A stretch of DNA of 64,000 nucleotides. Source: Diadema antillarum. Its lineage: Eukaryota. Numbering within the stretch: the first letter of the stretch is position 1; each line of letters starts with the position of its first letter. Positions 13,011-26,264 of the stretch are shown piece after piece. The position numbers and the translations under genes are program-made. Location of the stretch: assembly GCF_040938485.1 (NCBI RefSeq), contig NW_027271187.1, positions 1,302,001 through 1,366,000 of the forward strand, given 5' to 3'. The notes beneath the pieces were generated by a model, which was given only the letters and a program-made list of their open reading frames with translations, had not been told where the DNA came from and ran no database searches.

Positions 13011-13515
13011 GGAGTCGAGGTTTCCATGAGATCATCTCTGCTCTCATAACTTTCGTACAACTTTGACATTTTATCTCATGTTATATACATATATATGTAC
13101 ATACACATATTGTAGACATATATGCGTGTATGTGAGTGTGATATATTTTAGTGGTGATGGTCATGAAGGCATCATATTTTTGGTTATTGCTGAAATGCAA
13201 AATTGATGAAAGATTATTCCATCCATATGAAAATTTGATAGACTTTTTCGTAAAGAATTGTCAATTGCTATTGAAAAGCAGCGGTGCATCTTCAGAGAAT
13301 TACCGCGGAAATCAAGAGTAAAACGGTAACCTTTATAAAGTTATCCGTCTTAAACTGCATTCGAAAGCTTTAGTCAGATTGGGAGAAATTAGAGTGCGAT
13401 TTTTCTCCTAATCAACAAGGATCTGTGCTGGTTGCGCTGTGATATTCATGTGTATTCACATCGAATTCTTGGTTTCAATCTGCAGTCTGTTTCTCAAGTT
13501 ATCCGAACCCGCACG

Positions 13516-14161
13516 ATGCTCAGCTCGACGGCGATGCCAGTTCTGATGCCCAGGTCTTCCTCGTCCTTGTTTCAACAAGCACCAATGTCCCTGAGCATGT
13601 ATCACCCCGCGATTCTCTTTCAACCGACGCCGCTCTACCCCGCGCTGGCTCCCCCGGCAGGTCGAAGTCTCCTCCCTCACCCGTGGAGGAGCACGCTCGA
13701 CGTTGAGTCTCCCTCCCCGCCCGTGCAGATGGCAAAGCCATTGGCGATCGGGCCTCGATGTCGGCCTCTGCCCGTGTCCGACATGTGCGGCACACCGTCT
13801 CCGCCCTGCAGTCCCGACTCCGCCAGCAGCACCGAGAGAACGGCCTTCACCATAGATGCCATCCTGTCTTCCAAGAAGCGATCGCCATCGTCATTGTCAT
13901 CGGTGTCAGGAAGTCCACGAGCTGGATCCATCAGCGATCGAGGCTCGACGCCCTCGCCGGATTCGTTCACGTACAACACAACGATGTCGTCCACCGTGAG
14001 AGCGGACGTGACTGTGTCCGACGAGAAATTAGTGGAGGCGATTACTACGGGGAAGTCGAGTGATGTGAAGTCGTCTAGGAAGTCGACCATCCACAGTGCT
14101 GGCGAGCGACTGACCTCATCGTCATCGTTTGGAATGGCGAAAATATTTGACCACGCACCAG
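13516..14161 (+). CDS. NOTO: Not/Noto homeobox transcription factor, coding exon 1
   Basis: ATG at 13516 (MLSSTAMPVLMP...). S/P-rich, with eh1 Groucho-binding motif FTIDAIL at 13846-13866. Donor G|GTAAGA, phase 1, in frame with exon 2. Confidence 0.85.
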
Positions 14162-17100
14162 GTAAGATTACACTTGGTTATCTGCTCTTTACGCGACGAA
14201 AGTCAAACAACATAATGTTTATGTAACAATCCTAAGAACAAAAATATTGTTGGGAATCTCGAAAAATTCTTCGTCGTTATCTAATCATGTTCATGTTGTT
14301 TTCAGGTACAAATAGTTGGCGATCAGAATTGAACGGTATGGTTAGCAGATTAACTTAGTTTCTTAAGTTTCACTGGTTTTAATTGAAAGTTTGATATGCA
14401 GTCATTAAGATGACCTGATACAGCGTTCAAAGCGAAATGTTGGATGCTTGTTCTGAAAGTTGTATCATTCTTCGAATGATTAAAGGGATAGTATGGTTGT
14501 AGTTGAGATAAGGATGCAGGTTTTAACTTTCTGCAAGACAATTAGAAAAGGTGGGACTCACCTTGTATTAAGACCACTTTGTTTTACTTTGTACTAGAAT
14601 ATCTCAGCCATTTCGAAACCAATTTCCATCAAATAAACTTCTTATTCCTCTTAGAACGCATAAAAACTGGTTTCTAATTATCTCGAAAAATAAAGTTAAA
14701 ACTTGAATCCCCATCTCAACAAAAACTATATCATCCCTTTAAAACGGAGAAACCTTTGTTTTTGGTGGCGGCTCGGGGAAGAGGGAAGCACTTCTATTAA
14801 GAGATATTCGAATTGACCTTAACAAAATGTGAAAGAGTGTTCAGTGTATCCAACTTGAAAACATAGATCCAAAGACGGTCATTCATCTGTTACCTTTTCT
14901 TTCGTTAATGAAATCTGCGTCTTCTCGTGATGGAATATTCCATGAGACCTTTGCTGCTGTTGTAGTCTGCACGTAAAAATCAAATCTGACTAAAATAAAC
15001 AAAACAAAAGAATAAAATTTTCGTCAACTAGAAGAGAGAAACGAAGCAAAAAGCGGAAAAAGAGTGAGATTTGCTCCTTGAAAATGGCTTTTAATTCCAA
15101 ACGATTACTTCATCTTCTTTTGAACGTTGTCCTAAAAGACATAATTAGATGAAAGTTAAGTAGATGCCAATGAAAATAAAAACATAATCTATATTCCAAA
15201 AGAAAAAATTTGCAACTTTACAACCAAGTTGCGGAGATGTCTGATATCCGACCGTGATGGTTTCTCGTGTCATCCCTGTCCCTCCTGACTCCGACAATTA
15301 ATTACCGAGTCTCGTCTTATGTACGATACATCGTACTTCTCATGGTTCCTAATTAACCGACCCTTAAAAAGACTTCGGCTTATCTTGGGATGTGATGCAT
15401 GCATGGGAAGTATGAAGTCACTTGATCAGTTTCAACGGACGGGAGTGTATAAAATCCCGTCATTGCAGGCAAGCTATAATGAGGTCCTTTTGAATCGCTT
15501 CGATTGAAAAGCCGCGACTTCGTTCATGCCTCCTTTTCAATCACGCTATATTATAGGACTGCTATCTTATCGGGCGTTTATACGCCGGCTTTAATCGTCA
15601 ATACAACGCGCTCATTCAGCGGCAAGATTAACACGTCTATATAAAAAACCTGGACGTGTCATTTCGTTGATTAAACGGCCTGGTGCATTTCATGGTTACT
15701 TAGGTACTGAAAGGACACTTACTCCAGACACCTTAATGAAGAACAGTTAACATTCATAGCAGGAGTTCTTATTGCCCGATAGTGCTTGAATAAATTCGAC
15801 GCGGGAATCATCAGCTTGTCTGATTTACAGTCAGAATATTTGAAAACCAACGACCAAAAACAAAAACAGCTTTCCTCCTCCTTTCCTTAACATTTCCTGT
15901 TCATCTTCAGAAGATCTAGCTAGCCTTCCTTGTCCATTTCAAGTTTTGCCCAACCCTCTTCTAGTTCAACCACTATATAGATGTCAGATAATGAATACTT
16001 CGTTCGTCTGCTGAGCACATTTTTATCTTTCATTAATACGAACTTGATACATCGAGTTGAATACCCCATATTACATCGGTCGTAAGCGAAACATCGTTGC
16101 TCACATGTTTCGCTCCCACATTTACACCAGCTATGCCTTCTTTTTCTCCACATGACGCGTGTGCGCGCTCGCCCGCTTGTGGACTGATAGGGAACTTCAC
16201 GCTGAGTTGGTAAGCAAAGAGCATATTACGCTCTAATTAGCGTGCTGCGCCCTGTTTACCTACAGGCATTCAAATCAATGTTTAAATTCTACGTCTTCAA
16301 AAACTGACCCGAGACTTCACGGTCTGATTCCTAGTAAATCTGCTGTTCTACACGTTGAAGCGTAAAAGTAGAAAGATGGGGGTAAAAAGTCCACTGCCCA
16401 CCACATCATATCGCGATCCCAACCGCGCGTATTGGGGCGTGAGTTACTTCAAGCCCCTTGCGTTTATTGAAACCTTTTCCAAATGTTTCTTTCGTCCTCT
16501 TGAGATGCATTCATTGCACCACTAACAAAGGAACGGGGAATTAACGCGAAAAATAGGTTGTTAATTGAAGATAAACAAGTCCTCTCGACAGGAGCTCTCA
16601 GAGCAATAAGGCAGTAAGGCGAGAGGTGACCGTGCGTTCAGCGCTTCCCAAGGTCACGCGCTATTTTCTGGCGATCTCGTAGGTGGGGGCTTTTCTCCAC
16701 GCCCTTTCAGACCGGGGAGAAGGCGGAGTTACTACAATTGTATTCTGTGCTCCTCAAAGAAAGGTTGCTGTAAAATGGTTTAATAATGAAAGGCTGTCAA
16801 CCAACCAACCAATCGATTCTGTCTCTCGTTTCCATTTTGCATCGATATTGCGACACGTTGATTCTTCGATAGCATGCTACTTTCGATTTTGTTTTCTTTC
16901 GATTTTTTCTAATTCTTCTTTCGAATTTCTTTCATGATTTTTTTTTTCATTCATGCCTTCTCTAATTCAAAAAGAGGCATTAAGGTCCCTTAAAGTGGGT
17001 AGGCATTGATATCATGTAGACCCCTGTAAAGAAAGAGAGAAAATGCAAGAAGCAACGAGATTTGATTATCGCTGTATTGTTCGTTTCCCTAGGCATGTGA

Positions 17101-18343
17101 TACTACCATATTGCAATGGTAATATCAATGGTTATGTATCAAAACGATTCGGCAGTCGTTATCATATTTGTAGAAGACAAAAATAAGAATGCGAATCAAA
17201 GACTCAATATATGGTAATGATCGTCAATAGTAGGCAGTGAAAAGGACGCTTTTCCACAAAGAGATACCGTACTACTCTGCTAGCTGTGCGCATGCTCTGT
17301 AAACCCGGCAGCGGCTTATGAGGGTGATTGACAGGTGTGAAACGCCTCACACCGTCCACCACCTCCGTACTTTATTCTCTTGGGCGTAATAAAGAGACTT
17401 CCAAAATGGACTGATCTCTCAGAAACTTAACAAAAACGCATTCATGAAGCGGCTCGTGAAAAGAGCAGTTTCCCCCCAATCTTCATTAAGGTGTCTGGTT
17501 GACGAGCGAGGTCCTCCCACCTGCGAAATAGTGAATGGAACCAAGCCTTAGTGCTGTTTCAAAGAACTTTTGCGCACATCTCAAGCAAAAAAAAAAAAAA
17601 AAAAATCCTTGCCTAGCTGAGTCCGGTGTCTTTCGCACCGGCCGAACGGAGCTAATCTACTTGTCCGCTACCTTTTGTCTCGTTTTAGCTATTCGGCTCA
17701 ATGAGTTTACCCAATCAAAGCCCCAGTAATTACCCATTTAAGCGACTGAGTGATACAATGAGGAAAACACACCAGGTGTTCTCCATTTTGTATTTGTACT
17801 CGGACAGATTCTCGTTCCAGATATAATAGCCCAGAATCGATAATCACAAGAAACTGCCGTGTTTTCTCTCCACTAACCCAGTTGTTGCTGTTACAGTTTA
17901 TTTTTTTGCTGTAAAGCAAGTGTAATCGGCTCTGACGTTATAGCACAACTCAACGAAGAGAAAGAAGAAACTGTCTTCCACTTGACCACAAATCAAACCC
18001 TCTTTGGGTCACTTTTCGATGTTGAGCGACTAGGCTGCAAAAGGGGTGTCATAATTGTAATCGCTACCACTCCAGTCTATTCTTTTGTCACACTCTTCTC
18101 AACGTCACTATTTGAACTAAGTCTGATAATGGCGAAATGATGTATGACTGACTTTCTTCACATATCTTTTACAGTCATTTTTTTTTGCCTCGTCGTTTCT
18201 CATCTTCCAGCATCGAATCAACTAACAACAAAATAACTCAAATTCCATGCAAAATATATAAACAATGTAAATAAAGATGTGCATAAAAACTTGCGTGACA
18301 AAGCAAGACTAATCTTAATTTTCCTTTTCTCCCTCTGCCACAG

Positions 18344-18534
18344 AAAAGGTATTGAAACGGGCGCACTCTGACGATGGGGCGTGGTCGGCTGGCAACTCCA
18401 GAGCCAAGCGCGTGCGCACCATCTTCACACAGGAGCAGCTGGAGCGACTAGAGCGAGAGTTTGGTCGTCAGCAGTACATGGTGGGCACGGAGCGTCTCTA
18501 CCTTGCCGCTGAGCTCAATCTGTCCGAATCTCAG
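18344..18534 (+). CDS. NOTO: Not/Noto homeobox, coding exon 2 (homeodomain residues 1-44)
   Basis: Polypyrimidine plus CAG acceptor. [44 protein letters not shown]; QQYMVGxER is diagnostic of the Not family. Intron at homeodomain position 44/45. Confidence 0.95.
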
Positions 18535-18934
18535 GTATAATAATATACAATTGTGTCTTCAAGAATCACGATAACACTACTGCTACTGTCATTAACTGTA
18601 AAGGGGAGGCAGTATAATGGTATTTGATATTATCGTCACGATTACGACAAAATGATGTTAAGAGAATTTTAGGTTTAATGATTTAGATATCAATGAAATC
18701 TTAAAGTAGATCATATTATCTGATAGTAGATGAAATGGTAAAAAAGAAAGATGCATGGAATATATTCGGACTTCTGAGCCATTATATGCAATGAATTAAA
18801 TTCCATAGAATCCCTGCATTTAATTTACCATGCCGAAATGATAAATCCAATAAAATATGAACTTGAGGCGTGTGATAATTGAATAATTCATGACAAGAGT
18901 GAGCTGAAGACGAAGTATTAATCGTTTGTTGTAG

Positions 18935-19498
18935 GTCAAGGTCTGGTTCCAAAATCGGAGAATCAAGTGGCGAAAACAGAACTTCGAGCAGCAGCAGACC
19001 AAGTTGGCGGAGTTCCGCGCGGGTCACGAAGCGCGGATCTTCGAGGGCAGCGACGATGAAGGAGACGACGCCGAGAAGCTCGTCGACAGCCCGCCGTTGC
19101 CGGCTTCTCGCATGCATCTCGCCGCCGTTAAACCGCGATCACCTCTTGACGACACGGTCACCACGCGGTCGGAGAGCCCCGCAGAGAGACTGGTGGAGGA
19201 GCGATCGCCCGAGCGACAGGTGGTGGAGGCACCCCTCCCTTCCGCCGTGTCTTCCAGTGCCACGTTACCCTCTTCATTGGAGCAGGAGGTAAAGAAAGTG
19301 GAGCAGCGGCTAGCCATGAGGCTGTGCCGCAGAAGCATGCTGCAGTCGTCGTTGACATCGTCGACCTCGCTGGGAGCAGCCCATCTGAAGTCCTCCGCCG
19401 GTGCGTTGCAGCTTCGCGCGACGTCGACCGTGCGTCGATTTGACCTCGCACGCGAAGGCGGCGACTATCTCTCTTCGTCGGGGGCGAAGCGGCACTAG
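18935..19498 (+). CDS. NOTO: Not/Noto homeobox, coding exon 3 (helix 3 and long C-terminus)
   Basis: TAG acceptor, then VKVWFQNRRIKWRKQNFEQQQTKLAEFR..., open to TAG at 19496-19498. Total CDS 646+191+564 = 1401 nt. Confidence 0.93.
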   Translation, partial: VKVWFQNRRIKWRKQNFEQQQTKLAEFRAGHEARIFEGSDDEGDDAEKLVDSPPLPASRMHLAAVKPRSPLDDTVTTRSESPAERLVEERSPERQVVEAPLPSAVSSSATLPSSLEQEVKKVEQRLAMRLCRRSMLQSSLTSSTSLGAAHLKSSAGALQLRATSTVRRFDLAREGGDYLSSSGAKRH

Positions 19499-21602
19499 AA
19501 GGGCCTTGTAGGTCTATCATTGATTAACAGGTACCTCCTAACTCCGCGTGGAAGTAAAAAATGGAAGTGGAAATCTTTCGACAGAAATTTGCATCTGTTT
19601 TGGGAAATCTTCTGCCCAATGTGTTCCCAAAATTTTACCAGAAAATAAATTTCCTTTAAAATCAAGAAAGAGGGGAGGAAAACGAATGTAAGTTATCAAA
19701 CATGAACGCGAAGCAACAATGACCGCAAGTTTTGCTTAATTAACTTGCTTCGTCCTTGAAGTCATTTTCCGCATTTCTCTCTTTCCTACATAATTATATT
19801 ATCCTATCTAATTCTCTCTCCCCTCTCTCCTCTCTTCTCCTTCTCTCCCTTTCCCTATAAACCATTGACATATCTTCCAGTGACATATCTTCCAGAGCAT
19901 AATATGTGCAGATAGTTATGAGAATATCAACAGGCTCATATCGCTAAAATTTCAAAGGGGAGCACGATTTTGCGTTTAAAAAACGGTGTGTAGAGGCATT
20001 ATGCAAATAATGTATTTCCTTGTGTTAATCAGCCTTAACGGCAAAAGTGCAATATACAGGTTTAAGAAAATTCTTTACTTATTAGAAAACTGGACGGGTG
20101 TATAAGTCACCGGCAGATTTATTGGTACAAAATGTGCCTGTTTTGTATAGTGTAGTGTAAACTAGTTTACAATGCTCACTGTAGCTTCAACTGTACTTTT
20201 AGACCACTGCGTTCTCTCTCGCACAATGAGTGGATGCGACAGTCACATATATTTCTATATGTTTCTTTTTGTTCTCTGTGATGTTTTTATAATTGCTTGA
20301 GCATGGTCATGTCGTAAGTATATCAATTATGAGATATTGTTTTCTATCTCTGTTGAGCTCAGCGTTAGAATAATAATCGCTTGTTGTCTTACAGAATACA
20401 GAAAGTTCAAAGTCAAGAAAGAAACATTTGTGATGTTGGCTTCTCTTTCTGTTAGATTTTATGAAAAAGTGTGAAAAAATTGTGTTTTAACGTCTCCGAA
20501 AACCCGAGTTACTCTAAAAATACTACCCACCAATGCTCACGATGAATTGTACAAAAAAAAAAAACAAACAAACAAACTACGATTTACAGAACCCTCTATT
20601 GTAAATTTCATTTGTTTCTGTTGTTGATCAAGCGGAAACGAAAAATTACCAGGTGCCTAGTTTGATGGACAACATCGTATCAAATATTCATCCTGACAGC
20701 CTTAACCATAAATGTGTTATGTTCCGGATTCTAGAAAGAGACCTCTCCTACACGCAGGCGAAGGACAAATGCCCCAGTCATTGCCTTCCTCTAATAGGCC
20801 CTGTTTTTTCTTTCTTTCAATGTTTTAACCGTCGTTGTAGAAGATTAAAAAGAGGATTTATAGAATCTTACACAATAATACATCAATTTTGCTGTTCTGG
20901 GTCATCCCGCCATGCCGTAAATGGATCTAAAAAGCTGCTTGTGTACCCAGCAGCCAATAAGTGGCCCAGTTCCTTGTACTTGAATGACCATTGGAAGGTG
21001 ATCGTCATCTTAACGAGCTAATTTGTCTGATGTTGTCGAATCTCAACAAACCCCCAACATTCAGTAATTTGTTGCAAGCAAATATAAAGAGGTGATTGAT
21101 GACAGTGCAGCAGAGTAGAGTGTTTACCGAGCATATGTTATTGACGTGTTGAACAATTACTACTCGAAATGACCAATATCTTTTCACGGCTGACATCAGC
21201 TAGTTGCCCACTCGAAGTGATGGTTTATTCAGCGGGTTTGTTCAGTGCGTGTGCCAAATAACACAAGCAGTGCGATACAGAAACTTATTAAATCATTTCT
21301 TCTTTTTTTTCTACAAGGTACATTGACCTGAAGAAAATCAAGGATATTGATTTTGCGCGGAAGATCATTCATTGCTTGTTTTGCTATTGACTTACGTGAA
21401 TATTCTTTGTTTTCACTTATAGAATCTGGCTTATTGTACTTTTGCTCATGAAGCAGAAAACTTGTTCTCGTCTATGGAAGACTGTACAAGTGAAATATTG
21501 TTTAAAATAGTCGATATGACGATGAATAAAAATTGTCCCTTTACAAGATTTTCTTGCATGTCTTTCTTATCCAGGGATTGTTTTCTTTGGTATGCTATAT
21601 CA

Positions 21603-21684
21603 ATGAATGAATGAATGAATGAGTGAATGAATGAATGAATGAATGAATGAACGAACGAATGAATGAATCAATCAATCAATCAAA
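21603..21684. repeat. (AATG)n/(AATC)n microsatellite
   Basis: Read directly from the sequence. Confidence 0.9.
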
Positions 21685-21870
21685 TAAGATGAACTCAGAA
21701 AAGACTGGTAATGCATTGACGTCCAGCGCATTTTAATTTTTTTTTTTTTTTTTTGACGAGTCACGCGTCTTCTCTGGGTTGCGACTCCTGACGCGTCGAA
21801 AATTTGGTGCAATAACCCTATACGTTGGTTGATAATGCATTAGAGATCCTTTTCTCTCATCTCTTGTGTA

Positions 21871-22011
21871 NNNNNNNNNNNNNNNNNNNNNNNNNNNNNN
21901 NNNNNNNNNNNNNNNNNNNNNNNNNNNNNNNNNNNNNNNNNNNNNNNNNNNNNNNNNNNNNNNNNNNNNNNNNNNNNNNNNNNNNNNNNNNNNNNNNNNN
22001 NNNNNNNNNNN
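21871..22011. other. Assembly gap (N run)
   Basis: Ns in the sequence. Confidence 1.
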
Positions 22012-22219
22012 TCTGCAAGTGCGCGTCGTGATAGATAAGACTAGAGGACTATAAGAGGACGGGAACGCACTTCGGCGGCAACGCCTTAATTTTCCCCAAT
22101 TTTCGATATCAAATCTATTATTCAGTGTCATAAGAATATACTTTTCGCATGTAATTTTGTTTCAGCGGTAAAATCGATAATGGCATGAAGATACAAATGT
22201 ATACCTCCATTATTATTAT

Positions 22220-22223
22220 ATAC

Positions 22224-22280
<57 letters not shown>

Positions 22281-22284
22281 CATA
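22220..22284. repeat. (TA)n microsatellite next to an assembly gap
   Basis: Read directly from the sequence. Confidence 0.9.
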
Positions 22285-23196
22285 TTGGTCTCTTTGAAGT
22301 TTTTGTACATTTCAGACAGAGCAGTAGTGGTGGTGGTAGTAATTGTGGTGTAGTAGGTGGTGATGTTTGTGTGCGTGTGTGTGTTGTGTGTGTGTGTGTG
22401 TGTGTGCGCGTGCGTTTCACGAAGAGAAGGGAAAGGATGGGGGCTCATGCGCTCCAAGTTCTAATTCATTCGTGATTTATTGACCGCACTTTTAAAATTC
22501 GCTGCGTCATGGTTCGCTGTCTGTTCTTAACAGGTGCTCGTTTGCTCCGACATTCCCAACATCTTCTCGAAGAATCGAAGTCTTGTCAGCGCATCCCGGT
22601 GAAGTTTTTGTTCTTCTCTGCCAATTATAGATACAATTGCAAGTTATTATTGGTATCTTAAGAAAACGTGACATTTTCGAAATATTCGTGATCTATCTTC
22701 CGAACAGCGATTTGTTAAAAAACAGTCACAACCTGAAGAGAGATAAACGAGGAGGAAAGGACGCGAGTTTGGCTGCCTGCAACGCTGGGGTATAAAAACG
22801 CGCCACCGTTTATTCAAGAGGCGTAGGAATTACACAAATATTTATTTTGCGTGTGCTCCTGAATGGTTGAACAGGTTCAAGTATGAATTTATGGAGTGTC
22901 CGAACAGAGCGCCTCGATTGTTGCGATTTCCTCATGAATAAACGATTGGATCATTTGACAAGCCTGCAGTGATATCACTTAATGGTACTGTTTGCCAAAT
23001 TGGTAACATGTGGTCAACGATTCGTGGCTTGTTCCTCGCCTATATCTTCGCATTTGTATTTTCCTAGCCCATTTATTATTCGTATTCCTTTCTGCATCGC
23101 CCTCCCTGTTTTTCTTTTCCTTACTTAAGTTTTCCCTCCTCTCTTCATTTTCTTCAACTCCAACGTTTCTGCCTTTGTGTATGCGTGCGTGTGTTC

Positions 23197-23197
<1 letters not shown>

Positions 23198-23267
<70 letters not shown>

Positions 23268-23270
23268 TGT
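23198..23270. repeat. (GT)n microsatellite
   Basis: Read directly from the sequence. Confidence 0.95.
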
Positions 23271-25289
23271 ACATGTGTGTGGTGTCAATCACGGTTCTCG
23301 CTCTTTGCTTGAAGTAGGAGATACATTGTGATTGGTCGTACATACCCTGCGGCAACACAGGACAATGTGACGTCAAGAAAAGCAGGACATTCCCAATCCA
23401 TCTCTGTCAAAAATACATTGTGTAACTTTGGACACAGCGCACAGCAAAGAACAAATTTATGATGATAGACAAAAATAACAAGTACACACATTTCGTTTCA
23501 TTTCATTTTCATTTAAATCATTTATTGCCCATATTATGGGCATTAGTTTTGTTCAGTTACTTTCAAAAAAACAAAAGAAGAAAAAATATACATTGTACGA
23601 TGCAATTACATTAACAGCATTCAGATGACATATAAAACATAAAAAACATCATTCTGTCAACATCATGAAACATGGAAACATTTAACATATCTTATTCCAC
23701 ATCAGAATTCAAATACCAACATATTAATGTATCTTAATTCATGTAAACTGAATAAAACTAATGACACTAAACTTACATGAGTGGTTTATTTCCATAAGGT
23801 ACAATATACAAAATCCTACAAATCATTCATAATCACCAGATGAAATAAATAAAACACACACACACACACACACACATAATGGCAATGTGGATGTTCTGTC
23901 AAGGAGTTTCACATTACATACTTGATCGCCAAGGCATACTGAACTGATTCCCATAAGTACGCCAATTATAAAGCTCAAAGTCTACAATCTCATGCTAGCA
24001 ACGGTAAAAGAATGAACAAAATTCTGAGATTTTCTTTTTTATCTGGTAAAGATATCTCTTTTATTACACTTGAAAAATATCCCAACAATCTCATGTAAAA
24101 ATACATGATGGAAGGCGTTGCTATCAACTACGTAAGTTATTTTGATTTACATGCAGTGATGTTTGCTACTAGACTGAAGCGATTACAGAGTATTACAAAT
24201 ACAATACATTTTATTCTCTTCACAGTGTACACTGTACTAGAACTGGAACTACTGGAATTCACCATTTCCGAAAGAGCTTACAAGATTCAATGTTCTCAAT
24301 GACAATTACAGGGTACAACATGCATAAACTAACATGATGTACCCATCTTGAAATGCTCTAGCAGAGAGCTGTCCTGAGAGGTGTTAAGGAAACAAGTGGA
24401 CAAAGCCTCAGTGTGGAGATTATCTTATTCACAGAAGATTACCTATTTGCTGGAAAGACCGTACCTCCACTCCAGCAGAGGGCCCTGCCATCATTTTTCA
24501 CCCACAGCATCAGCCATGTACCCACAAATTAATACAAATGAGTAAAGAGGGACATTGTAGTTTCACATTTTGTACAGGGATGCATGCACTTCATCAGTTT
24601 GGTGTTGAAACCCGGGAAGACTGAAAAAAAAGGAAGCTCTTATAGACTTAAATTTATAATCAAGGAACATCTTTCATTTTTCTCCCAGAGAGAGCGCCCT
24701 GCGTGGTTGCCTTTATTCTGTACTCTAAGTTTCCGTCAGATTTTTGCGTTGTTCTGGGATATCATAATAAAAGATCCGACTAGAGTAACAGAATTATATC
24801 AAACACTGATTGATGTGATTATAACAAATGATTGTGCAAAAATACAAGAATCGGGGACTGTGCAATTAACAATAAGCCAGTTCGGAGTTAGCTCATGGTC
24901 ACATTGGTCCAAATGACCTTTTTTTTTTCAGTCGCAGGTGGGGATACTTCACTCGTTTTTGAGCGACATAATGCTTAAGCTTTACGTAACAAATATAATG
25001 GAATTAATTGAACCTGCCCAAACAAAGAATGAACTTGCGTACTGACGAGATGACGGGAATGATCCGTCAATTAACACTTGGGAAAGCATCTATTTCATTA
25101 TTTTGCATTGAATGTATTAACAATCTCTTTCTATTGATATTGCCATATTGCCAAATACCACTTTCGTTGTCATGACACGTGCAGGTAAGCAGCATTTATA
25201 AGGATTACGTGAATAATCATTACATCACAGATGCTTATCCCAGTGAATTTAAAGGCCAATATGCCTGTTGGTATGAATTACCTTTCTTC

Positions 25290-25850
25290 TGCTCATGCGC
25301 AAAGTGGAACTGCGAACTGGCTTATTAGTGATCATTTATTATATGGTTTACTGCATCAGAAGTAGGCAAAAGAAAGTAGAAAAAAGCATAAATTCAAATA
25401 TTTTTGAAATTGGGAAAAAGTAGACTGAGAAGTTGTAAAACAAGAGTTTAATGAACTGAATTGGGAGAATGTTTTAAAATGTTCTGATTGTGATAATTTT
25501 TATCAAACAATCACGGACAAAACTGATAAGCATTCTCCCCGAAAGAAATACCGACTAAAAAACACAGTTTCTCCCTGGATGACAGCTGAAATACTGGGTC
25601 TGATACGAAAGAGGGATGAAAAAATAAGTGAAAGCAAAAAATTCCTGTTCAGAAAAGGATTGGTGCGAATACAAATACTGAGAAACAAAATCATGTCAAT
25701 CATTCGCAAATGAAAACATAAATTCATTGCATCATGTATCAATGATAATAATTAAGATCGAAATTTGATGTGGGCGTCACTCAAGCATTTACTACCGAAC
25801 AAAATTACGCACTCTCTGATCAATTCAGTCAAAATACCTGTAAGTGATGG
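25290..25850 (+). mobile_element. CR1/L2-group LINE ORF2 remnant, 5' part (split by Gypsy A)
   Basis: Degenerate APE end (SGT...ISDH) and linker (FNELNWENV..., PWMTAEILGLIRKRD). The reading continues across the Gypsy insertion. A further APE-like fragment (PTRVT..TLIDVIITN) lies at about 24770-24880. Confidence 0.7.
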
Positions 25851-26264
25851 TGTGGGCAAGCCCACATAACAAAAAAAAAAGCAACATGTTAAGACTAAAT
25901 GATACAGGAGAGGGACTTTCTTCCAGAAGGAACCCCCTAAATTAAAGATGGTTTAACCCGGGAACAGGGGAGAGAGAAGAAGTTGTGGTTAGTGGCCATG
26001 ATGTCATTCACATCGTGTCACTGACTGAAGTAACATCACATGGTCTCTCCTCCTGCTTTATTCAGTGTCAGTGATATTACCTCGGCACCTGTGACCCTTG
26101 GCGGGTGCTATATTTCTGAAGGCACTGCCCGGATGATGCTGAGATGCAGGAGAAGTTATAACAAGTAACCTTCCCTGACTTATGCATCGCTGCTAAGCCA
26201 GTGACAAGGTCCCTACAAGCACCAAGGCAGTTTGACGATTGAGCCGTATTGTACCTCCTACACT

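Noticed and set aside
13432-13515. GTG-initiated N-terminal extension of Not
   Set aside because: The segment includes a good splice acceptor at 13485 and reads like intron/UTR; ATG 13516 is preferred.
22118-23376. ORFs with THTH/YIYI/CVCV runs
   Set aside because: Microsatellite artefacts.
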